Below, one piece after another: positions 34,956-44,956 of a DNA stretch of 64,000 nucleotides. A program made the position numbers and the translations under genes. Origin of the DNA: a virus; IMG/VR virus record IMGVR_UViG_3300025450_000015, positions 32,001 to 96,000 of that record. One strand, 5' to 3'. The first letter of the stretch is position 1; each line of letters opens with the position of its first letter. The notes below the pieces were generated by a model that had not been told where the DNA came from, did no database searches, and saw nothing but the letters and a program-made list of their open reading frames with translations.

Positions 34956-36131
34956 ATGTCAGAACTATTAACAGGACGTTGGGCAGAAACTAAGGAAGCC
35001 CTATTAGAAGGCTTACAAGGCACAAAAAAATCAGTAATGGGTGTAACCCTAGAGAATACTCGCAAGTATTTGATGGAATCTCCAACTGCTGGTGCCACTT
35101 CTGCTGGTAACGTTGCAACTTTAAATCGCGTGATTCTTCCAGTAATCCGCCGCGTTATGCCTACCGTTATTGCTAACGAATTAGTAGGTGTACAACCAAT
35201 GACTGGTCCAGTAGGACAGATCCACACATTGCGTGTGCGTTATAGTGATACATCAACTGGTGCTAACGTACTAGCTGGTGAAGAGGCATTGAGCCCATTC
35301 AAGATTGCTAGTGCTTATTCTGGTAACGCTAACGACGCTTTTGCTAAGGCAGCTTCAACAGCTACTTTAGAAGGTGTTGCTGGTAACCGTTTAAGTATTC
35401 AAATCTTGAAGCAAACTGTTGAAGCAAAAACACGCAAGCTATCAGCTCGTTGGACATTTGAGTCAGCACAAGATGCTCAAGCACAACAAGGTATCGACGT
35501 TGAAGCAGAAGTAATGGCTGCTTTAGCACAAGAAATTACAGCTGAAATCGACCAAGAAATTATTTCTTCATTGATTTCTTTAGCTGGTACTGCAACACAA
35601 ACTTTTGACCAGTCACAAGTTTCTGGTACTGCAACATTCGTAGGTGACGAGCATGCCGCTCTAGCTGTTCAGATCAATCGCGTAAGCAACTTGATCGCTC
35701 AAAGAACACGTCGTGGCGCTGGTAATTATGCTGTTGTAAGCCCATTTGCATTAACAATTCTACAATCTGCTACTACTTCAGCTTTTGCTCGTACAACAGA
35801 AGGTACATTTGAAGCACCTACAAACACTAAGTTTGTTGGTACATTAAACAATGCAATGAAAGTGTATGTTAACAGCTACGCACAAGATGCTACACCAATC
35901 CTTATCGGATACAAAGGTGCAAGTGAATCAGATGCTCCTGCATTCTATTGCCCATATATTCCTTTAATGAGTTCTGGTGTTGTTCTTGACCCATCAACAT
36001 TCGAACCAGTCGTTTCATTCATGACACGTTATGGTTATGTTGAGTTGTCAAACACTGCATCATCTCTAGGTAACGCCGCTGACTATTTAGGTCTAGTTGC
36101 TATCACTGCCGCTAACGTTAAGTTCAGCTAA
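34956..36131 (+). CDS. gp23: Major capsid protein gp23
   Basis: LVGVQPMTGPVGQI, VEAKTRKLSARWTFESAQD, ALAQEITAEIDQEII, AFYCPYIPL, SFMTRYG. Confidence 0.96.
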   Translation: MSELLTGRWAETKEALLEGLQGTKKSVMGVTLENTRKYLMESPTAGATSAGNVATLNRVILPVIRRVMPTVIANELVGVQPMTGPVGQIHTLRVRYSDTSTGANVLAGEEALSPFKIASAYSGNANDAFAKAASTATLEGVAGNRLSIQILKQTVEAKTRKLSARWTFESAQDAQAQQGIDVEAEVMAALAQEITAEIDQEIISSLISLAGTATQTFDQSQVSGTATFVGDEHAALAVQINRVSNLIAQRTRRGAGNYAVVSPFALTILQSATTSAFARTTEGTFEAPTNTKFVGTLNNAMKVYVNSYAQDATPILIGYKGASESDAPAFYCPYIPLMSSGVVLDPSTFEPVVSFMTRYGYVELSNTASSLGNAADYLGLVAITAANVKFS

Positions 36132-36161
36132 TCTGATAACCAAGAGGTTAATTAGTAAATT

Positions 36162-36191
36162 AAAAAGTCCACTTCGGTGGACTTTTTTTTT
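36162..36191 (+). terminator. Rho-independent terminator with cUUCGg loop (potentially bidirectional)
   Basis: AAAAA-GTCCAC-TTCG-GTGGAC-T9 after the capsid gene. Confidence 0.92.
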
Positions 36192-36204
36192 CGGTAAATA
36201 TATG

Positions 36205-36792
36205 ATGACTACCACACAATTTTATAATCCGCAAACAGTTACAAATGTTAATGTATTAAATGAAATCATTAATACTCCTAGTATTGATTGGCAGTTTAAT
36301 AAGATTATATCAGAAAATAATTATGCAACAAGCAAACAACCGTTGTATACCATTAGTGGTATGTGGATGGAAAAGTTTCTTAGTAATACAAGTCAACTGT
36401 GGCTGACTAATTTAAAAATTCCATTGAAGGCAACCGCAGTACAGGGTATAGAATTTAAATTAAATCTTTTACGTGCAGGACGAATTGAAGATTTAGTAAT
36501 ACAATTAACACTGGGAGGTAATCTTATTGGAAATAATTATGCCAGTTTAATTAATCCTGTACAAAGTAATATGTATACAGGTGGAGGTCCTAACGATATT
36601 CCGCTAGTACCTGTGGGTGATTTTAATATATATGGCGGTCCTGCAGATTTATGGGGTACAACTGGGCTTACAGCGGCCAACATTAGTGATCCTACATTTG
36701 GAGTTGTAATTAGTTTTAAAAGCAACAGTATATACCCTCACAGAGACACAGCTTATATAGATCAAATAGGTGTAAGAGTTACCTACGCATAA
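36205..36792 (+). CDS. Hypothetical late (virion) protein, beta-rich
   Basis: The track start (36097) runs through the terminator; the real start is ATG 36202 or 36205, directly after TAAATA (36195-200). Confidence 0.7.
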   Translation: MTTTQFYNPQTVTNVNVLNEIINTPSIDWQFNKIISENNYATSKQPLYTISGMWMEKFLSNTSQLWLTNLKIPLKATAVQGIEFKLNLLRAGRIEDLVIQLTLGGNLIGNNYASLINPVQSNMYTGGGPNDIPLVPVGDFNIYGGPADLWGTTGLTAANISDPTFGVVISFKSNSIYPHRDTAYIDQIGVRVTYA

Positions 36793-36885
36793 ATACATAG
36801 TAACAACTCACATGGGGTGAGTTTTATGCAGAAATCCAACTGCGTACGGCCTAGAACGCCGTGTTTTTCATAAGGAGAAAACAAA
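36790..36885 (+). promoter_or_regulatory. Late promoter plus three-hairpin structured 5' leader
   Basis: TAAATA 36790-95; AACTCAC/GTGAGTT, TATGCAG/CTGCGTA and ACGGC/GCCGT stems back-to-back, then GTTTTT and a TAAGGAG SD. Confidence 0.7.
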
Positions 36886-38397
36886 ATGGGACGTCCTCTT
36901 AATAAAAAGTACTTTGGCTCACGTAATGCGTCAGCATCAGGTACATATAGCCGCTCTGCCGCAGTTGATGCCGGCATTGGTGGTTCAAATATTGCAAGTC
37001 TTGCAACAGGCGGTACACTAACAGGTTATACATCTGGTGCTCCAAGTTTATCAATCTTTGGTCCACAACTTGCTAACGGTGTACAAGCTACGGCAGTTGC
37101 AGTTTTAACAGCCGCAGCCGCAAGCATAACAAGTGGTGGTACAGGTTATCCAGCATCAAGTACATTTACAGTTTCAGTAACTGGTACAAGTGCTCAAGGC
37201 GGTGGTACAGCAGTATTGAACGTTACAACAAACGGTTCTGGCGTTATTACAACAGTTAACTCAGTAACTTCTGGCGGTACATGGACTGGCGCAACATCAG
37301 GTGCAACAGCTTTAACGGCAGTTGGTAGTACATTTACATCGGCCGCTACATTCACACTAACATCATTCACAATTACAAGTTATTCATTAACTAACAACGG
37401 TGGTGATGGTTATTTAGATTCTGCAGATACTAAGACTATGAGCATCACAGCAACTGACGGTAGTGGTAACATTACAGTTAGTTCGATTGATGAAATGATT
37501 GTTGGTATGAAATTTACACCAAGCCAATCAATCGGTGGGTTAACAGGTAGTACAGCTTACTATATCAAAACTGCTAACACAGCAACTAAAGTAGTTACAG
37601 TAAGTACTTCAGTTACTGGCGCAGGTGTTGGTACAGCCGCATCAACAACATCACAACCTAACAGTGCCGCATTGGCCGCAGTTAGCCAAACAGCCGGTCA
37701 GTTAACATATACAGCAACTACAACAGCTCTTCCAGTAGGAACAGCGATTGCAGTAACAGGTACACTAAGTGGTAACTTAACAGGTGTAACAAGCGGTACA
37801 ACATATTATGTTAGCTCAGCAGTTGCTCCAACAACTACAGCAGTTACATTAAGTACATCACTAGCAGGTGCTCTTGCCGGTACAGGTACTGTAACAGTTG
37901 GTGGTTCAACATCAACTGGTTTGACATTCACTTATACTGTAAGTGATTCTGTAACAATCGCTGGTTACACTCCAGTTGTAACATTAAGTTCTGGTTCAGC
38001 TACAGCTACAGCTACATTAGCCGCTCAAGTAACAAGTGGTTACACAGGACGTTACGAGCAGATTATTGCTAACGCCAACATTGGCGGAACATTGTATACC
38101 GATTGTGACATCATCAAACAAGAAGGTTCACGTACATTCCGTGTTATCCAACAAGGTGGTACATTCCCAGGTACATTGTGCAGGCTAACAGCAGTTGCTG
38201 AAAGCAGTTTGACTTCAGGTCAAATGGCAATCATTGCTACTGACAGTGCTGGTGGTATCTATGCTGTATCTAAGTTAACAAACCGTAAGGCATACTTAAC
38301 TCCAATTTCAGGTACACAGTTTACTACTGGACAAGCGGCACAATGGAATTTAACAACTCCGACCGCTAACGTTTCAGTAACACTAGATAACGCTTAA
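36886..38397 (+). CDS. Virion decoration/fibre protein (Thr/Ser/Gly-rich)
   Basis: MGRPLNKKYFG N-terminus, GTTYYV-type repeats, IIKQEGSRTFRV C-terminal domain; strong SD and capsid-like codon usage. Confidence 0.65.
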   Translation: MGRPLNKKYFGSRNASASGTYSRSAAVDAGIGGSNIASLATGGTLTGYTSGAPSLSIFGPQLANGVQATAVAVLTAAAASITSGGTGYPASSTFTVSVTGTSAQGGGTAVLNVTTNGSGVITTVNSVTSGGTWTGATSGATALTAVGSTFTSAATFTLTSFTITSYSLTNNGGDGYLDSADTKTMSITATDGSGNITVSSIDEMIVGMKFTPSQSIGGLTGSTAYYIKTANTATKVVTVSTSVTGAGVGTAASTTSQPNSAALAAVSQTAGQLTYTATTTALPVGTAIAVTGTLSGNLTGVTSGTTYYVSSAVAPTTTAVTLSTSLAGALAGTGTVTVGGSTSTGLTFTYTVSDSVTIAGYTPVVTLSSGSATATATLAAQVTSGYTGRYEQIIANANIGGTLYTDCDIIKQEGSRTFRVIQQGGTFPGTLCRLTAVAESSLTSGQMAIIATDSAGGIYAVSKLTNRKAYLTPISGTQFTTGQAAQWNLTTPTANVSVTLDNA

Positions 38398-38406
38398 TAA
38401 ACTCAA

Positions 38407-38424
38407 TGGGGACTTCGGTCCCCA
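38407..38424 (+). terminator. cUUCGg hairpin without U-tract (stabiliser or partial terminator)
   Basis: TGGGGAC-TTCG-GTCCCCA in the 40-bp intergenic gap. Confidence 0.6.
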
Positions 38425-38437
38425 ATTAGGATTCTAA

Positions 38438-39688
38438 ATGACAAGAGTTGTAAAAACAAACCAAGGCGATTACCACGTATTAGTTCAAAATGGTGGGACA
38501 ATTATTCTTGACCCTACTAGTTCTGGTCAAGTAACAGTCACTGGCAATCTTGTTGTTAATGGTACAACTACTACAATTAATTCGAGTACTTTAAACGTTG
38601 AAGTAAACGTATTACAAATCAATGCAGGACTAACTACTAACGGAATTCCTAGTGCATTAAGTTATCAATCTGGATTACAAATAGATAGGGGTGTTGCACA
38701 AGCGGCAGAATTATTATTTGATGAATCAGTAAGACATTATGATCCAACAACTGCTATAACTGCAACAAGTTATACTGCAACAGGATCAGCAGTAACATTT
38801 AATTTTTCAACACAGAGTTCTGTACCATTTCCAGTGGCTTCAAACGGAAGTACTGGATCTACCATTGTAGTTGCAGGGTTTACACCTTCAACATATAACG
38901 GAACATATACAGTAACAGCATGTACTACTAGTTCTGTTACATTTGCCAGTGCTGTGACTGGAACTATTACAACATTAGGTACTATCACTTTAAACAAAGG
39001 TGGTACATTTAAATTACAAACTGCTGACGGATCTTTGAGCGGATTAGAATTAAGAACAATCACAAGTGACGGAAATAATACTTTAATCATTGACATGCAA
39101 AGAGGAGCTCCTACTTTGCGTTTGGCTAATAGTACAACAGCCGCAGGAGTTCCATATTATCAACGTGTGTTAAGTGGTGACGATATTCCAAACGTGCAAT
39201 GGGTACAAACTTATATCGCATCTAACTATACATTAGGTTCAAGTACACCAGGTACTGCTACAGTTCAAACAATCCAACAGCCAGTCGGCGTTGCTATTGG
39301 TTCAGCCAATAGTGCTATTCAAGCGACCAGCTCAGGTCTTTTATTCCAGATAGCTGGTAGCACAGTCGTTACTATTAACAGTACAGGTGCTGTTTTAGGA
39401 AATTTATCAGTTGGATCAACAGCTAATCCTAATACTATTTCAAACTCTACCAATGCTAATTTAATTTTAACAACACAAAGTTCAACTTATCCTGTAGAAA
39501 TTAATGCAGTTGCTCAGTTGGACAACCAAGCAAGCACTCCTACTTATACTAGTGGTGGTACAAAATTATATTCTAGTACTACAATTGGCCCAGGAAGAAC
39601 TGGATTGTATTTGGTCAATTCTACCGTACAAACCGCAGACGAATTAATTAGTAGAAACCGAGCAGTACTGCTAAGTATTTTACTATAA
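38438..39688 (+). CDS. Virion structural protein
   Basis: VTGNLVVNGTTTTINS...GLQIDRG...LLFDE fibre-type motif; C-terminal ELISRNRAVLLSILL. Confidence 0.65.
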   Translation: MTRVVKTNQGDYHVLVQNGGTIILDPTSSGQVTVTGNLVVNGTTTTINSSTLNVEVNVLQINAGLTTNGIPSALSYQSGLQIDRGVAQAAELLFDESVRHYDPTTAITATSYTATGSAVTFNFSTQSSVPFPVASNGSTGSTIVVAGFTPSTYNGTYTVTACTTSSVTFASAVTGTITTLGTITLNKGGTFKLQTADGSLSGLELRTITSDGNNTLIIDMQRGAPTLRLANSTTAAGVPYYQRVLSGDDIPNVQWVQTYIASNYTLGSSTPGTATVQTIQQPVGVAIGSANSAIQATSSGLLFQIAGSTVVTINSTGAVLGNLSVGSTANPNTISNSTNANLILTTQSSTYPVEINAVAQLDNQASTPTYTSGGTKLYSSTTIGPGRTGLYLVNSTVQTADELISRNRAVLLSILL

Positions 39689-39697
39689 GGACATAAC

Positions 39698-40036
39698 ATG
39701 CCATTAACATCACAGATAATCGGAACAACAAACACAACAGTTTATACTAGTACCGTAACTAGTCCTCAAATTGGTAATGCTATTACTTGTATGATTGTTT
39801 GCAACACAAGTGGATCAACTGCATCAAATTTAACATTGTATGCAGTTCCTAACAATGGCGGATCAGTAGGTACTGCTAGTACTTCTAATATGATCATTAA
39901 TGCTCTTGCAGTGCCTGCGGGTGAAACTGTAAGTTTAGATCAAGAGAAATTAGTTTTGAGTTCAAACGACACAATCGTAGCAGTTAGCAGTCAGGCTAGC
40001 ACTTTGAATATAACCATAAGCACATTGCCAGTATAA
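39698..40036 (+). CDS. Small virion structural protein (beta-sandwich), paralogue of 44613-44945
   Basis: VPAGETVSLDQEKLVLSSND resembles IPPNSSARVITGGEKLNLGP. Confidence 0.65.
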   Translation: MPLTSQIIGTTNTTVYTSTVTSPQIGNAITCMIVCNTSGSTASNLTLYAVPNNGGSVGTASTSNMIINALAVPAGETVSLDQEKLVLSSNDTIVAVSSQASTLNITISTLPV

Positions 40037-41241
40037 TGAGATTTCTTAAACAACAAACTCTTAGTCGTCGTGCAATTTTTGATACTACTGTATATTCAGA
40101 TACAGCAAATGCCAACGTCTATATAAGTCCTACCGGTGCAGGAAGCCTAGTACTTCCTAACGGCACAACTACACAACGTCCAGGTAGTCCAACATCTGGT
40201 ATGATGCGTTATAATACAACAACTAACGAAGCAGAAATTTATCAAGGTAGTACGTGGAGAGCTTTGCGTTTTAAAGAGGCTACACAAATTGTTCAACAAA
40301 ATTTAGGTGCTGGAGATAGTTCTAGTACATACTTTGGACCTTTGAATCCAGTATATTACAATCCAACAAATAAATCAAGCGATGTTACAAACTTTGGTGC
40401 ACAAAATGTTTTAGTCTATGTTGAAAACATTCCTCAGTTGTCAGGTATCAATTATACAGTTGTTCAAAATCCTACAATCATAGATGGAACTTATACACCA
40501 ACATTGAGTGTGGCTGCACCAAGTGGTTCGACAACATTATATTTTAATACAAGTGCTAATGCATCTGGTGCAAGTTGGTCAGGTAGTGTGGCAACATTAA
40601 CCTTTACTGGTTATTCATGGGTACCGTTTGCAGTTGGTGCAACTATCACTGTGACAGGATTTACTCCAAGCGGATACAACGGAGTCTTTACAGTAACAGC
40701 TAGTACAAGTTCTAGTGTTAGCTATGCATTGGCAAGTAACCCTGGAGCAGGAACAGTACCGGGAACAATTACAACTAGCGGAACAACTAATGGTTATGCA
40801 ACGTTTGTAGCAAGTCAAAGTACAACTGTAACTGCTGGTTCATTTATTCTAGGAACAACTTATACAATTACTTCAGCAGGTACTACAAACTTTACATTAA
40901 TTGGCGCGGCTAACAGCAACGTTGGTACAAGTTTTGTGGCAACTGGCGTAGGTAGTGGTACAGGTACCGCAACAACTGTTACTGGAGATATATCTGGAGC
41001 AACAGTAACAGGTACAAATATTCAAGCAAGCACTATAATAACAGCATTCACAACAGATCCAAACACAGATGCATTGACCAGTATTACAATCAACAAAGCA
41101 ACTACAACAAGCACATTGGCAGTTAATACACAAATTACAATTACTAGTTCAAGTACACTTGAGTCTGGTTATTATTTGCAATTTACTGCACCAGTACCTT
41201 ACGGAAAAACAGTTATTGCATTACTTGGCTTTGACCAGTAA
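40036..41241 (+). CDS. Virion fibre-associated protein
   Basis: LPNGTTTQRPGSPTSGMMRYNTTTNEAEIYQGSTW fibre motif; two inserted modules. Confidence 0.65.
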   Translation: MRFLKQQTLSRRAIFDTTVYSDTANANVYISPTGAGSLVLPNGTTTQRPGSPTSGMMRYNTTTNEAEIYQGSTWRALRFKEATQIVQQNLGAGDSSSTYFGPLNPVYYNPTNKSSDVTNFGAQNVLVYVENIPQLSGINYTVVQNPTIIDGTYTPTLSVAAPSGSTTLYFNTSANASGASWSGSVATLTFTGYSWVPFAVGATITVTGFTPSGYNGVFTVTASTSSSVSYALASNPGAGTVPGTITTSGTTNGYATFVASQSTTVTAGSFILGTTYTITSAGTTNFTLIGAANSNVGTSFVATGVGSGTGTATTVTGDISGATVTGTNIQASTIITAFTTDPNTDALTSITINKATTTSTLAVNTQITITSSSTLESGYYLQFTAPVPYGKTVIALLGFDQ

Positions 41242-41254
41242 TTAGGAGCCTACC

Positions 41255-42319
41255 ATGGGGCGAGAACTAGGTAGAATTAGCGGTCCGTTATTATCGGACA
41301 ATTTATTACGTAACGGTAATAACCTCGCCATTGACACTCAAGTTTTGTTTTTAGATGTTAATAACAAACGTGTCGGATTTAATACAACTACACCAGTTAA
41401 CGATCTTTATACTCCTACTGCAATAGATTCGGTCGGATTAACAGTTGATTCTACTGCCGACCTTGGCAATTTTGTCATTAGTACAAATAATATTCAAAAT
41501 GCTGTTGGCAATATTACTGTTAGTGGAACAACGGTTACTCCTGGTTTAACTACAAATAACCTATATTTACGTAGTAATATTATTGGTAATAATGTTGCAA
41601 ATGACAACATTAATATTACTGCGAACGGTTCAGGGTCAATCAATTTATCTAACGGAAATTCTAGTGTTCAAGTTACAGTGAGCGGAAATTTACATGCTAC
41701 TGGAAATGTAACTTTTGATGGAAATTTAACTTTAGGTACTAGCAATAGTAACACTATCAGTTTTACAGGCGAAATTAATAGTAATATTTTACCATCAACT
41801 ACTAACACCTATACGCTAGGATCTAATACAAATCAATGGAACAATGTTTATACAAATTCTTTTAGTGTAGGATCTACTACAGTTCCTACAACATCTGCTA
41901 CTACATTTAATGGCGGACAATTAAGTTTTAATGGTAGTACAATTACTAATACTACAGCCAGTACAAACACACAAATTTTGCCTACTGGTACTGGTATAAT
42001 TAGCCTAAACGGCACTCAGTTTACAGCAGTAAATCAAAATAGTATTACAAATCCATCGACGGGTGCGTTTCAATTTGTTCCAACGAGTAACGGATATTTC
42101 CAGTTTGGCGGTACGGATGGGGTAGCAATTCCGGCAGGAACAACAGCCCAAAGACCATTCAACGCTACTATAGGAATGATAAGATTTAATACAACTTTGG
42201 GCTATGGGGAATTTTTTAATGGCGGATCCTGGCAAGCCATTGGCGGAGCCAGTGCTACCCTAAGCCTTTCTCAAGTACAAACTATTATGCTTACAGATGC
42301 CATAATATTCGGCAGATAA
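41255..42319 (+). CDS. Virion fibre protein, paralogue of 42462-44609
   Basis: GRISGPLLSDNLLRNG N-terminus; C-terminal PAGTTAQRP..GMIRFNT motif. Confidence 0.7.
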   Translation: MGRELGRISGPLLSDNLLRNGNNLAIDTQVLFLDVNNKRVGFNTTTPVNDLYTPTAIDSVGLTVDSTADLGNFVISTNNIQNAVGNITVSGTTVTPGLTTNNLYLRSNIIGNNVANDNINITANGSGSINLSNGNSSVQVTVSGNLHATGNVTFDGNLTLGTSNSNTISFTGEINSNILPSTTNTYTLGSNTNQWNNVYTNSFSVGSTTVPTTSATTFNGGQLSFNGSTITNTTASTNTQILPTGTGIISLNGTQFTAVNQNSITNPSTGAFQFVPTSNGYFQFGGTDGVAIPAGTTAQRPFNATIGMIRFNTTLGYGEFFNGGSWQAIGGASATLSLSQVQTIMLTDAIIFGR

Positions 42320-42320
42320 T

Positions 42321-42461
42321 AACCCAAAAATTAAAAACAGCTAAATACATTGATTACGAAAAATGACCAATTTTTCGTATGGTTAAACAGTGGTAAACCC
42401 GCTAAGAGCGTCCAGCTGAAAAAGTGGTTAACCGTGAAACACGGGGTATACGGGAGCGTAA
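42321..42461 (+). promoter_or_regulatory. Late promoter plus structured 5' leader
   Basis: AACCCA-N15-TAAATA (42342-47); perfect 10-bp stem TACGAAAAAT/ATTTTTCGTA, CGCT/AGCG and CCGTG/CACGG stems; GGGAG SD. Confidence 0.65.
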
Positions 42462-44609
42462 ATGGCTGTTGGTCGAATTTCAGGTCCGCTCTTAAAGGAT
42501 AATTTGCTTCGTAACGGGGTCAATTTAGCCTTTGAGACGAGCCTTCTCTATTTGGATGTTAATAACAGCCGCGTGGGCATCAACACCGCCACGCCCACTA
42601 ACGATTTGTCAGTTAATGGGACAACCCGTACTACCAATTTATACATTAGCGGATCAAGTACACTAGGTAATATTACTGTTTCTGGCAGTACAATTTCAAG
42701 TACTAACGGTACAATTACATTTACACCTAGTGGTGGCACTCCATCAGTTAACATGACAACTGCCAACATTGGCGATTTGTCACTTAGTGGAAATACTATC
42801 AGTAGTATTAATACTAATGAAGCAATTAATATTACAGCCAACGGAACTGGTGTTATTAATCTTAACAATAATGTATTGGTAAATGGTAATTTGCATGCAA
42901 CTGGCAATATTACAGCCGACGGAAACATTAATCTTGGTGCCGCAACAAACGATACTATTACTTTTACAGGTGAAGTTAATAGTAATATTTTACCATCAAC
43001 TACAAACACATATAATTTAGGCGCAAGTAATTTAACTTGGGCAAACGTTTATACAGCAGGATTAACAACCAGCACATTTAATGCTACAACATTAAACACA
43101 ACTACATTTAATACAAGTAATTTAATAATTTCTGGAAGTACTATTCAAGCTACTGGAACCAACACTAGCATCTACTTTAACTCAACAGGTTCAGGCGGTA
43201 TTGTATTTGGAAATTTACAATTTACTAATAATACTCTTACAAATATTAGTCCCAATGCTGTAACACAATTTACACAAACTGTTAGCAATGCCAGTTTTGT
43301 AGGAACTATCACACCTGGTACACCAATTGCTACAAGTTCTACTATAACAGGTTCTGTATTGACATTGGCAGTTGCTCCTTTCTGGCCAGCAGGCGGAAGT
43401 ATTGCAATGACAGGTAGTCCACAGTATCTAAGCATGAGTCCTGGATTAATTCTTGGTACAGGTGCATATACTGCCGAAGCATGGTTTTATATGACCAGCG
43501 GCACTAGCGGAGTAATTCTAGGCGGGTCAAATAATTATGGATATGGATTAATTATTAATTCATTAACTAGCATTACTACATCAACTTATAACACAACAAC
43601 TAATACATACACAGTTCCTACAATTAGTTTAAACACATGGAATCATGTGGCAGCCACACGTAACAGTAGTGGTATAGAGACTATATTTTTAAATGGAACA
43701 CGCTCAAGTAGTGGTACAACATCTAACAATTTAAATTATCAAGGATATATGTCTTTGGTAGGCGAACAAGGTAATACAAATTACTTTAAAGGCAATTTGA
43801 CTAATATTAGAGTTGTAATTGGTAGCAATGTTTACGATCCAACACAGACAACCATCACCGTACCAAATACAACATTAACAGCCGTAGCCAACACAAAATT
43901 GTTATTAACAGCTTTAACACCAGGCGCATTTACAACAGATACTTCTGGTCCAAGCGGATATCAAACATTGACCAATAACGGAACTGCATTTGCAATAGCA
44001 ACTCCATATGCAAGCGGAACTCCTACACTAGTTCCTGGAATGTCTTTGTCAGGAACTGGCATTACAACCGGAACATACATAGTAAGTAATATATCAGGAA
44101 CTGGTTCAAGCTCTAGTAGTACATGGTACATCAGTTCAAATTATTCAAGTACTATTGCAATCGAAACCATTCTTGCAACACCAATCGTATTGAACGTAAC
44201 TAGTGTAAATAGTGGAACAATTATTCCAGGCATGGGTATAAGCGGAGGTAGTGGTGCTAACACAATTCTTGCAAATTCAGGTATTGTTGCCAATTTGTCA
44301 GGAACAGGCGGCACAGGAACTTATTATGTTGCACCAAGTCAAACTATAACTTCCGTAACTATTGCAGGAACAAGTCAAGGATATTTTCAATTTACCGGAA
44401 CAAACGGTGTTGTAATTCCAGTAGGAACCAGTGGCAACTATCCTATAACACTTTACGAAACAACAGGCATGCTTCGATTTAATACTCAACAACAATATGT
44501 TGAAGTATATAACGGATCAGGTTGGGGAAGTGTTGCAGGTAGTAGTTCAGGCGTAACAACAGCAACAGCAAATTCAATTGGCGCAGGTCTAGCGATCGCA
44601 CTAGGATAA
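42462..44609 (+). CDS. Virion fibre protein with LamG/ConA-like lectin domain
   Basis: Same N- and C-termini as 41255-42319; inserted YTAEAWFY...WNHVAATRNSSGIETIFLNG...YFKGNLTNIRV domain. Confidence 0.72.
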   Translation: MAVGRISGPLLKDNLLRNGVNLAFETSLLYLDVNNSRVGINTATPTNDLSVNGTTRTTNLYISGSSTLGNITVSGSTISSTNGTITFTPSGGTPSVNMTTANIGDLSLSGNTISSINTNEAINITANGTGVINLNNNVLVNGNLHATGNITADGNINLGAATNDTITFTGEVNSNILPSTTNTYNLGASNLTWANVYTAGLTTSTFNATTLNTTTFNTSNLIISGSTIQATGTNTSIYFNSTGSGGIVFGNLQFTNNTLTNISPNAVTQFTQTVSNASFVGTITPGTPIATSSTITGSVLTLAVAPFWPAGGSIAMTGSPQYLSMSPGLILGTGAYTAEAWFYMTSGTSGVILGGSNNYGYGLIINSLTSITTSTYNTTTNTYTVPTISLNTWNHVAATRNSSGIETIFLNGTRSSSGTTSNNLNYQGYMSLVGEQGNTNYFKGNLTNIRVVIGSNVYDPTQTTITVPNTTLTAVANTKLLLTALTPGAFTTDTSGPSGYQTLTNNGTAFAIATPYASGTPTLVPGMSLSGTGITTGTYIVSNISGTGSSSSSTWYISSNYSSTIAIETILATPIVLNVTSVNSGTIIPGMGISGGSGANTILANSGIVANLSGTGGTGTYYVAPSQTITSVTIAGTSQGYFQFTGTNGVVIPVGTSGNYPITLYETTGMLRFNTQQQYVEVYNGSGWGSVAGSSSGVTTATANSIGAGLAIALG

Positions 44610-44612
44610 TAT

Positions 44613-44945
44613 ATGGGAACAGTATTTAAAAACGTATTAAACACAGGGCTAGGAACAACTCCTACAACAGTAGTAACAACTAACGGTAGTGCTACTACTA
44701 CTGTAATTGGCATGAGTTTAACTAACACAACATCTAGTATTATACAAGCTAGCGTACAGTTACAAGATACTGTGGCAGGTACTACAGCATATTTTATAAA
44801 CAATCTCACCATACCTCCCAATAGTAGTGCTAGGGTAATTACTGGCGGTGAAAAATTAAATCTAGGACCATTAACTTATGTTATAGTTACTTCAAATCTT
44901 GCTAGTAGTATAGATTTAGTAATGAGTTGGGTTGAGATCAGTTAA
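44613..44945 (+). CDS. Small virion structural protein
   Basis: TTVIGMSLTNTT...IPPNSS...GGEKLNL...SIDLVMSWVEIS; tightly packed in the operon. Confidence 0.65.
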   Translation: MGTVFKNVLNTGLGTTPTTVVTTNGSATTTVIGMSLTNTTSSIIQASVQLQDTVAGTTAYFINNLTIPPNSSARVITGGEKLNLGPLTYVIVTSNLASSIDLVMSWVEIS

Positions 44946-44956
44946 GGATAACTATT

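Noticed and set aside
21206-36131. Inteins or introns in gp46, portal or capsid genes
   Set aside because: Lengths and motif spacing are normal; no intein N-terminal C/S block with a C-terminal HN.
36097-36201. N-terminal extension of the 231-aa ORF
   Set aside because: Overlaps the gp23 end and crosses the strong terminator; the start at 36202/36205 fits the late box.
42385-42461. c-di-GMP-I (GEMM) riboswitch call
   Set aside because: GGUAAAC and a GAAA-containing hairpin are reminiscent, but the GCAAAGC junction and receptor stem are missing; kept only as an unassigned leader.
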